Below, piece after piece: positions 56,655 to 64,000 of a stretch of DNA of 64,000 nucleotides. Each line of letters opens with the position of its first letter. Within the stretch, counting starts at the first letter, position 1. Both the position numbers and the translations under genes were made by a program. Below the pieces are notes generated by a model, which ran no database searches, was not told where the DNA came from, and saw only the letters and a list, made by a program, of their open reading frames with translations. The DNA is from Bdellovibrionales bacterium (GTDB taxonomy: Bacteria; Bdellovibrionota; Bdellovibrionia; Bdellovibrionales; Bdellovibrionaceae), in NCBI GenBank assembly GCA_031370005.1, contig JANMPT010000117.1, forward strand, positions 24,242 through 88,241, in the 5' to 3' direction.

Positions 56655-58610
56655 ATGAAATTCGGAATGCTATTGACAGTACTTGCGGTGTTTACATCGA
56701 CTCTGTCTTCTCTGTCCGCAAATGCTCAGATGGCCTGGGGAACTGGCCAGGCGATGGCGCAACAATCTTGCCCGTATAATTCTCAGGCCGGCGAGGGCGC
56801 CTCTAGTTATCTTGAAGACTATAATGATCTTAAAAAAGCAAAAGCAGATGAAGAGTCTAAGCTTCGGGAGATGAAGCGCAAGCTCCGTACATTGGAAAAA
56901 GGTATCGATAAGGCAAGAGATGCAATCACCAATGTTGTTGATGGTAGATATTCAGACGCCATTATTTCGCATATGGATAATGCTCGCCTATGTGGCGACT
57001 ATGATACTGATAGAATCCCAAAAACAGCTTCAAAAGTTCGCGGCGATGATGATGGTGAAGATCTTCCGCCTGCAAATAACGCCCAATCAAAACTCACGCC
57101 ACTTTCTGGATTTAGCCCGCGACAATGGGCACAAGTTTGTATCCAAGGAAAAAAAGGTGGCATCGATGGTATGGTTTGCAGCACAGCACCTTATGCATCT
57201 GCAGATCGCGGTCGTAACACTCCGAATGAGTGTAAACGTGCTTTAGTGTCCTATCGCAAAGACACACTTGATTATCAAAAAACGCAAGAGGATATTGCGA
57301 AATCAGAGGATCGTATTGCTCGCTACAAAGACGAGTTACCTGAAGCTTTGCGTGATGCAAAAGCTCGCTACAAAGAAGACAGACAAGCCGGAACTGAAGG
57401 CGATATTTGCTTAACTTGTATGGCTGGCGGTAATAGCTATCAAGCAGAAAGAGCAGGCCCTGATTGGGCGGGCGTTGCTGCCAATGTTGGCGTGGGTTTA
57501 GTTGCAACTTATATGGGTTATCAAACTAATAAAATGGTGGCTAAGTATAACTCTGATCTTGGCTGGCCAACTCAGGCTTATCCTGCTTGGGGCTACGGGC
57601 TTCCATTCCTGGCTAACGGTATTTATGGAGCCCTCGGTGGCGGCATTGGCAGCGGAGCATTCGGTTGTGCCGGTGGTGTTGGCGGTGGTGGTTATATGAC
57701 TGGTTCTATGGGCGGCATGGGGCCTTTCGGCCAAGGTGGCGGCCTATATGGCAACGTCGGAATGAATGGACCTTTCGGATATCCAAATGGAATGCTTGGC
57801 AGCCCAATGGGTGGCGGTATGTTCGGTGGAGGCATGGGGCCATGGGGCCTTAACGGCGGCATGGGTGGCGGCATAGGCGGCGGCATGGGTGGTTACCCGA
57901 TGGGCGGCGGCATGGGTGGTTACCCGATGGGCGGCGGCATGGGTGGTTACCCGATGGGCGGCGGCATGGGTGGTTACCCGATGGGTGGCGGCATGGGCGG
58001 CGGCATGGGTGGTTACCCGATGGGTGGCGGCATGGGTGGTTACCCGATGGGTGGCGGCATGGGTGGTTACCCGATGGGCGGCGGCATGGGTGGTTACCCG
58101 ATGGGCGGCGGCATGGGTGGTTACCCGATGGGCGGCGGCATGGGTGGCGGCATAGGCGGCGGCATAGGCGGCGGCATGGGTGGTTACCCGATGGGTGGCG
58201 GCATGGGTGGTTACCCGATGGGTGGCGGCATGGGTGGTTACCCGATGGGTGGCGGCATGGGCATGGACGGTGGTTTAGGCTCTATGCAAATGCAACAAGC
58301 TATGTTGCAAATGCAGCAGAAACAGCAGCAGCTCTATATGCAGCAGTACCAGCAGCAAATGCAAAACCAGATGGCTCGTCAGCAAACTCTGGTAGGACTT
58401 AACTCCGAACTTCAGAATTTGATGTACAGAATTCAACAGGTACAAATGGGCGGAACTTCAACGGGTTACATTAGTGGTGGCATCGGCGGTGGAGTTAGTA
58501 TTGGCGGTGGCTTGAGCATCGGCGGCAGTTCGGGAGTCCTTCCTGCCCCAGGCACCTCTGGAACAAGCACCGTGCCGAACGGTGTTGTAATACCTGCTGG
58601 CAGTCGTTAG
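56655..58610 (+). CDS. Secreted protein with Cys-rich/coiled-coil N-terminus and Gly/Met-rich repeat C-terminus
   Basis: Signal peptide (ANA), coiled coils, GGGMGGYPM repeats, Q/M-rich helix. Confidence 0.85.
   Translation: MKFGMLLTVLAVFTSTLSSLSANAQMAWGTGQAMAQQSCPYNSQAGEGASSYLEDYNDLKKAKADEESKLREMKRKLRTLEKGIDKARDAITNVVDGRYSDAIISHMDNARLCGDYDTDRIPKTASKVRGDDDGEDLPPANNAQSKLTPLSGFSPRQWAQVCIQGKKGGIDGMVCSTAPYASADRGRNTPNECKRALVSYRKDTLDYQKTQEDIAKSEDRIARYKDELPEALRDAKARYKEDRQAGTEGDICLTCMAGGNSYQAERAGPDWAGVAANVGVGLVATYMGYQTNKMVAKYNSDLGWPTQAYPAWGYGLPFLANGIYGALGGGIGSGAFGCAGGVGGGGYMTGSMGGMGPFGQGGGLYGNVGMNGPFGYPNGMLGSPMGGGMFGGGMGPWGLNGGMGGGIGGGMGGYPMGGGMGGYPMGGGMGGYPMGGGMGGYPMGGGMGGGMGGYPMGGGMGGYPMGGGMGGYPMGGGMGGYPMGGGMGGYPMGGGMGGGIGGGIGGGMGGYPMGGGMGGYPMGGGMGGYPMGGGMGMDGGLGSMQMQQAMLQMQQKQQQLYMQQYQQQMQNQMARQQTLVGLNSELQNLMYRIQQVQMGGTSTGYISGGIGGGVSIGGGLSIGGSSGVLPAPGTSGTSTVPNGVVIPAGSR
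57876..58263 (+). repeat. 27-bp coding tandem repeat (GGYGGCGGCATGGGTGGTTACCCGATG), 12 copies in blocks of 4+5+3
   Basis: Counted 12 TTACCCGATG units, interrupted by 12-bp GGGM/GGGI-coding units. Confidence 0.95.
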
Positions 58611-58662
58611 TACTAAAATTAACTTAATAAACACAAGCCCCTCTGCTAAAACAAAGGGGCTT

Positions 58663-59916
58663 ATGCTTTTAAAAATCCCTTGTCTTTATGATTCTCATGT
58701 TCACTGGCTTGGTACAGGGCAAATCGCTGTGGGGTTACAGCTTCAGGAGTTAGCCAATGCCGAGGAGATATCAAATATCAAAGTGGACTCCTCCTTTTTT
58801 CGTGGCAAATGGCTTGTAGGATTTGGTTGGGATCATAACAAATGGTCAGTGAAGAAACTTCCGGCCAAAGAGATTCTAGACAATGTGTTTCCCGACTATC
58901 CAGTGTTGTTCCAAGGCGCAGATGGCCATTGCTCTTGGTTGAACTCCATTGCTTTAGATCAGCTTGGTTACGAATGTAGCCACTCCGGAGTTCTACAGGA
59001 GGAAGAGCATTTCAAGGCCTATTATTCATTACCAAAGCTTTCGGATTTACAAATCAGTCAGTCCCTAAAAAAGGGCTGCGATATTTTTAACCAGGCGGGG
59101 TTCACCCACATTCGCGATATGACTTGTGATGAACAACAATGGAGAGTTGCGCTTGCTCTGGAACAAGCTGGTGAACTCACCCTGTATGCCCAAGAAAATT
59201 TTCTTTGCGAGCATCCGAGTGATATCGACCGGATTCTGACTTTTTTAGAAAAAGCAAAGTTGCAAGAGACTCCGCATTTGAAAGCTCAAGGCATTAAGAT
59301 TTTCTTTGATGGAACCTTGGGCTCCGATACAGCTTGGCTTTCAAAATGTCAGTGTAGAAGTCATAAATTTTCTTGGACTGCAGAAGATCTTGAGAATCTT
59401 TTTAAAAAGTCGTGGTCGAAAAATTTTGAAGTTGCTGTCCACACCATTGGTGATGAGGCAGCTCACCAAGTCGTTCTCGCGGCCCGTAAAGTGATGGCGA
59501 CCAATGAGTACACTGGCTGGTTGAACCTGGAGCACGTGGAGGTTTTAAGGCCTGAGACGGTGCAAATAATGAAGGCCATTCACGTTCGTTGCCATATGCA
59601 ACCATGTCACTGGCTGAGTGACCGAGTGTGGCTTAAAGAAAAGCTTGGAGATCTTTATAAATATGCTTTTCCGTGGGGAGCCTTGTCTAGGTCAGGTATT
59701 CCCCTGCACTTTGGGAGTGATTCTCCTATTGCAAGATCTTCGTTTTTGGACAATCAACAAGCCCTCGCAGAAAGTGCTAGGGCGAAGATTCCTGCTCTTA
59801 AAGGTAATATCACAGAGTTTCATAGGTATTCAGGAGAAACTCTGGGGGAGACATATACGGTTTTTGAAAATCAAAAACTCTGCGAGCTTATTTTCGATGG
59901 ACGGAAGATCGTATAG
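58663..59916 (+). CDS. Amidohydrolase family protein (YtcJ-like)
   Basis: DSHVH, GFGWD, KIFFDGTLGSDTA, HTIGDEA, EHVE, FGSDSP. Confidence 0.85.
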   Translation: MLLKIPCLYDSHVHWLGTGQIAVGLQLQELANAEEISNIKVDSSFFRGKWLVGFGWDHNKWSVKKLPAKEILDNVFPDYPVLFQGADGHCSWLNSIALDQLGYECSHSGVLQEEEHFKAYYSLPKLSDLQISQSLKKGCDIFNQAGFTHIRDMTCDEQQWRVALALEQAGELTLYAQENFLCEHPSDIDRILTFLEKAKLQETPHLKAQGIKIFFDGTLGSDTAWLSKCQCRSHKFSWTAEDLENLFKKSWSKNFEVAVHTIGDEAAHQVVLAARKVMATNEYTGWLNLEHVEVLRPETVQIMKAIHVRCHMQPCHWLSDRVWLKEKLGDLYKYAFPWGALSRSGIPLHFGSDSPIARSSFLDNQQALAESARAKIPALKGNITEFHRYSGETLGETYTVFENQKLCELIFDGRKIV

Positions 59917-60282
59917 GCGTGACATAATAGAGAGCAATTCCTAACAAAACGCCGCCAACAACCAAACCAACTTGAAGATAGCTACCGGAACTTCCCATCG
60001 TAGAAAAAACAGCAACGGCCAGAGCCAGTAACAATGGCGGCACGGCCATTAGGCTAAGACCAATTTGCCCTCCGGAATAGCGGCAGAAAGCTCAGCAACC
60101 ATGAGCGAAGTAGGCAAAGCCCAAAATACAGGCAATAGTAGGACTAAGTAGATGGACCACTGAGTGCCAACAGTTGCCACCAAGGGCTCGAGGCCATAGG
60201 CTCCGCCTGAAACAATAAAAAAAATCAAAGCAACCTGATGCCAAAAACCTATTTTTTGTTGGAGAGAATCTGTTTGACTCAT
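59888..60282 (-). pseudogene. APC-family amino acid permease with a large internal deletion
   Basis: The N-terminal part (VSGGAYGLE...AELSAAIPEG) is fused out of frame to the C-terminal TMs (GGQIGLSLMAVPPLL...GIALYY...RK*). Confidence 0.75.
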
Positions 60283-60337
60283 TTTAATGAGTTAAAAAAT
60301 AACTGACCCCGAGTCAATCCCTCATTGAGATATTACT

Positions 60338-61577
60338 TCAGGAAAGTCTCTTGCGGGTGATCTCGGTGGCCTTGTGGATTAACTGAGCCAGTTCACCCTC
60401 AAGTTCATCAATCATCTCAATCCAAAGTTTCGGAGCGAAACCTTTCATAGCTAGGCCGATCTGAGATAAATTCAAGTCTGCCCAGACTACTTCGCATTCG
60501 ACAGAAATTTTCTGCCAGTCGGGAAGTTCAATAAAAACCAATAACGCTTGCCCAATTTTTAGCGGCGGCAGGTGGGGAGTGAAAACTTTAAGTCCTTCTT
60601 TGGATATTTCAAGAATTTGACTCTCATAAATTTGCACGGAACTCTCTAAATGCTCTTTAAGATGCCAACTGGCTTTATAATAAACAGAAAAACGAGCCTG
60701 CTTGCGATCAATAACACTCTTGTCTTTCGGTGAGCTAAAAATGATTTCAAAATATTCTGGGTAAAAATAAGAATTTGTAATTATTATTTTTTCTTCCGGC
60801 GTTAGACCCGCAAAAGCATCAGACTTGTGAAGAAAAAAATATTCCAAAAGAGAGGGGGTGAAGCAAAAACTCGAACAGCTTGGGAATTTTTTTGTATCAA
60901 ATAAGTATTGAGGCGAATCGGGAGACAAGAAAAAATGATACAGATTCCGATTCGATTTTTTTTCGCCGTAGACGTGCTTATAATTTTCTCCTAAATCTCG
61001 CAGGCTGAGCCAACCGGCCACCGCCGCTGCTCCTTGAACGAATTCGTAGGTTTTGACCTCGCCATCTGCAATGTCATGGAAGAGCAAAACACAACGATAA
61101 AAATCTCGGATTTCAGGGTGAAAAGTTGCCACAATTTTATCGACACCAAGATATTGCCTGCAGTAGCGTTGCATAAAATCACAGAGCGGCAGAAGAAGCT
61201 TGCCTCTTTGCGCCCTGTAGCCCTTTTTAATTGCTAAAGTTGAAATTTCTGCTAGGCGTATGGAGCTTTGACGGAGATGTTTAATATCCCAGAGCTTTTC
61301 GATGGGTAAACCCAATGCGGAATCCACGATGATGGGCTGAATCTTTTTCCAGACCTCTTTCATAAAAACTCTCATAGGCTATTTGAAAGGCCTGTTCAAT
61401 TTCCTTTTTGGTCTCTGCCTTTTTAAAGGTTAGATTTGTTGGAAGTGGAAGCTCGAATGAGAAAAGTCTTCGTATAATGGGGCCACGAAATGTTATTGGC
61501 AAAAAGGAGAACAAATTCCAGAGGACTCTGCCCACAGAACGATAAACCCGAATTTTTTCTGTAATTCTATACTTCAC
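60338..61577 (-). pseudogene. FeeM-like N-acyl amino acid synthase fused to PilZ, frameshifted near 61335
   Basis: One frame gives FKKAETKKEIEQAFQIAYESFYERG. Another frame continues IIVDSALGLPIE...AEISTLAI...HPEIRDFY. PilZ motifs RKQAR and EISKEG. Confidence 0.72.
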
Positions 61578-62679
61578 TATGAATATATCGTTCCAATAAG
61601 CCTGGTTCTTCTTGCAAGTTAACTTCTTTCCGGGGTGCTCTACCGAACTCGCCATCAGTGTGCCCAACCCGAAAACCAATAGCAAGCTGACTGAGGTCCA
61701 GGGAGAACTTGCTGCGGATACTCTCTGTTACGGATTTGATTTCGAGACGTTGTTTTTTTGTATAAAAATTATTTTCAGGGTCGAGCCAGTAATTTAATGC
61801 GATAAACGAAGCAGCCAATGGCTGAAATGATACCTTTTCCTGATTTACATAAATCCATATTTTCTGAAATTCTTTTCCGAATTGAAAACAATTTTTAAAA
61901 TCATGATGCTTGGCTTGAAGAAAAAAAACACGATCACAATATTTGACTGGCTTTACAACTCCTTGATAAACTGGAATTTTGTGAAACCCCATCCGAAACA
62001 TATAGCGAATTGGGGGGATATACACTAGAACTCGCAACAAGACTTGGTCTTGTAAAGGAATTCCTAGTTGGCTTAGAGGAATTTTGTCACCTCTGCTTTT
62101 ATCTTTCCTGCCAAAGCTAATTTCCTTCAAGAACCCGCCTAGCAAGAACGGGTTTTGCCAACGAATTTTTTCAAGTCGCATCAGCTCCTTCGCAAAGGCC
62201 ATTTTATTTTCATGAAATTCAAAGATGTTCACGTTTTCTGAACTCTCAATAGTCTGCTTGATCTTATTACGTAACTTTTCAGGAATGGGTTTAGACTCGA
62301 AAGCTAAACGATTGGTAAATCGATTTTCTAGTGCTTGTAAATCCACCTCGGGCAATACCTCCGAGGATTCAACAAAGCTCAAGATGGCGGAGCTAGACCA
62401 CAAATCAGACCCTTCAATATAAGTGGTCTTTTGGAGTTTAAATCCGTCATGTGCTGCGGCAACCTCTAAGTTAAAAGCAAAACTGCCCAATGCCAAAGCT
62501 GCCGCCGAACCTTTTACGTCCATAGGAGATTTTTTTTTACGATAAGACTCATCTATTTTAAGACGAAAAGCCACTTGGCCCGGAGTGCTTTCAAAAGCTA
62601 CTGACCAGGGTTGAGCATTTCCACCTGAAGGAGCGCTTTTAGCTTTTTCGATCCATTTTTTTATTTTTTCTGTCGTCAT
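61567..62679 (-). CDS. Nitroreductase-like flavoprotein of the type associated with ThiF proteins
   Basis: APSGGNAQPW, RFTNR, FRVG motifs. Confidence 0.8.
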   Translation of the reverse strand: MTTEKIKKWIEKAKSAPSGGNAQPWSVAFESTPGQVAFRLKIDESYRKKKSPMDVKGSAAALALGSFAFNLEVAAAHDGFKLQKTTYIEGSDLWSSSAILSFVESSEVLPEVDLQALENRFTNRLAFESKPIPEKLRNKIKQTIESSENVNIFEFHENKMAFAKELMRLEKIRWQNPFLLGGFLKEISFGRKDKSRGDKIPLSQLGIPLQDQVLLRVLVYIPPIRYMFRMGFHKIPVYQGVVKPVKYCDRVFFLQAKHHDFKNCFQFGKEFQKIWIYVNQEKVSFQPLAASFIALNYWLDPENNFYTKKQRLEIKSVTESIRSKFSLDLSQLAIGFRVGHTDGEFGRAPRKEVNLQEEPGLLERYIHSEV

Positions 62680-62835
62680 TGATGAAGCTCCCGTGCATTA
62701 GAATAGCATATGGACTTATTCCTTGGAAGGCGACGGGTGTTTCTAATTCTCTTTAAACTATTAATCAGATAGAAACAAGACTGGCGAAAATGCCCAGACT
62801 AATTAAAATACAAGATTGATGATTGGAAAGTTTTT

Positions 62836-63729
62836 ATGAAGACACCACTTAATATCGCAGGCTTTGATCGGAACACAGCATTTTCCAGAAGTATTGGCCT
62901 TATTACCAAGCAGGAGTTGGATCTGCTGAAAGGTAAAACCGTTGCAATTGCTGGTTTAGGCGGAGTTGGTGGAAGTTATTTATTAACATTGGCACGCCTT
63001 GGGGTTGGTGGATTTCATATTGCCGATATGGACACGTTCTCCATTGAAAACTTCAATCGGCAAGCCGGCGCAAATATGAATACTCTCGGGCGGGCTAAAG
63101 TGGAAGTGCTTAAAGAAATGGCGCTTGCAATAAATCCTGAATTGCGAATAAAGGTCTTTTCAGAAGGTGTTAATAATCAGAATATCAGCGAGTTTTTTTT
63201 AGGCGTTGATACTTATGTAGACGGCTTAGATTTTTTTGCTTTTCGCGTTCGCGAATCAGTCTTTCGTTTTTGTTATCAAAAAAAGATTCCCGCGACTACG
63301 GTTGGGCCCATTGGTATGGGAGCCGCTCTCATGAATTTTCTCCCTGGAGGCATGAGTTTTGATGATTATTTTCAGTGGAAGCCCACGGATTCTGATTTAG
63401 ATTTATCCATTAAGTTATTATTGGGGTTGACGCCAAGCGCCTGTCACCGTTTTTACATTGTGGACCCTTCAGCTTTAGATTTTGAAGCTAGGCGCGGCCC
63501 TTCCTTACCCATGGGAATTGAACTTTGCGCTGGCGTTCTTGGAACTGAAGTTCTTAAAATTTTGTTAAAGCGAGGAAAAACCTTTGAAGCCCCGCATTCG
63601 ATTTTGTACGACGCTTACTTCAATAAGTTATTTCATCACTATGTGATGTTTGGGAACCGCAATCCTCTTCAGCGCTTAAAATATTTTTTGGCAAAATGGA
63701 AAATGACGCGGCTCAAGCCCAAAGTTTAG
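62836..63729 (+). CDS. ThiF-family adenylyltransferase
   Basis: AFSRSIG, AGLGGVGG, ADMDTFSIENFNRQ, DGLDFF, RGPS..CAG. Confidence 0.9.
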   Translation: MKTPLNIAGFDRNTAFSRSIGLITKQELDLLKGKTVAIAGLGGVGGSYLLTLARLGVGGFHIADMDTFSIENFNRQAGANMNTLGRAKVEVLKEMALAINPELRIKVFSEGVNNQNISEFFLGVDTYVDGLDFFAFRVRESVFRFCYQKKIPATTVGPIGMGAALMNFLPGGMSFDDYFQWKPTDSDLDLSIKLLLGLTPSACHRFYIVDPSALDFEARRGPSLPMGIELCAGVLGTEVLKILLKRGKTFEAPHSILYDAYFNKLFHHYVMFGNRNPLQRLKYFLAKWKMTRLKPKV

Positions 63730-64000
63730 CGTATCAGACTTCGAAAAAATCTTTTAAATCCATTTTGAAAAATTCCAGTAGGGAAATCCCCTGAGGGCAA
63801 TGACTAGGCCACGATGAATCTTAAGTATCTAATAACATAGTCTTTTTAAGAATAATCACCAGGCCTGACCGGCTTATTTTTCAGTGAATTCAGCACATTA
63901 TAAAAATCTTACCTGTTCGCCCGCTGCGACCAACCCTGCTCTCGACGGAACTTTGGGTCGTTCATAAATTTATTTAAAACATAGGCCAGTCCCTCAGCTC

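Noticed and set aside
57876..58263. Regular repeats as a possible CRISPR array, and the alternative-frame ORF with WVVTRWAAA repeats
   Set aside because: These are head-to-tail coding repeats without unique spacers, and no cas genes are present. The alternative ORF is a shadow of the repeat.
63730..64000. Minus-strand fragment AEGLAYVLNKFMNDPKFRREQG resembling a glycosyltransferase C-terminus
   Set aside because: Too short, broken by stops and cut by the window edge.

Overview
Chromosomal window from a Bdellovibrio-like bacterium (Bdellovibrionota). This assignment is inferred from gene content and order: the fliLMNOPQR-flhBAFG-fliA block, rpoH, aspS, the DUF507 pair with a stand-alone groES, an FQNC-type lipoprotein and many secreted hypotheticals. 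Most of the window is core genes: PBP1B, UvrD/PcrA, SuhB, flagellar export and switch genes, FliA, RpoH, AspRS, and a Tad secretin/ATPase pair. A patchy accessory region at about 15-26 kb holds toxin-antitoxin modules and pseudogenes. A decaying end region at about 59.9-64 kb holds an oxazolone-like ThiF/nitroreductase/N-acyltransferase-PilZ cluster. The most striking feature is at the left end. A sigma-54-type promoter precedes an apparent operon of a radical SAM/SPASM maturase, an unannotated 44-aa peptide (MMEKLKKKHIKKLKPLTTQTASFGHGNGGNPCPPVGGDILATDN, missing from the ORF track), a CHASE2 sensor kinase and a response regulator. An SbmA/BacA-YddA-type ABC transporter lies just upstream. This looks like a RiPP-based peptide signalling (autoinducer-like) system, but that is a hypothesis. 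No rRNA, tRNA, CRISPR array or intact IS element was recognised. Family assignments come from motif recognition by eye, not from database searches.
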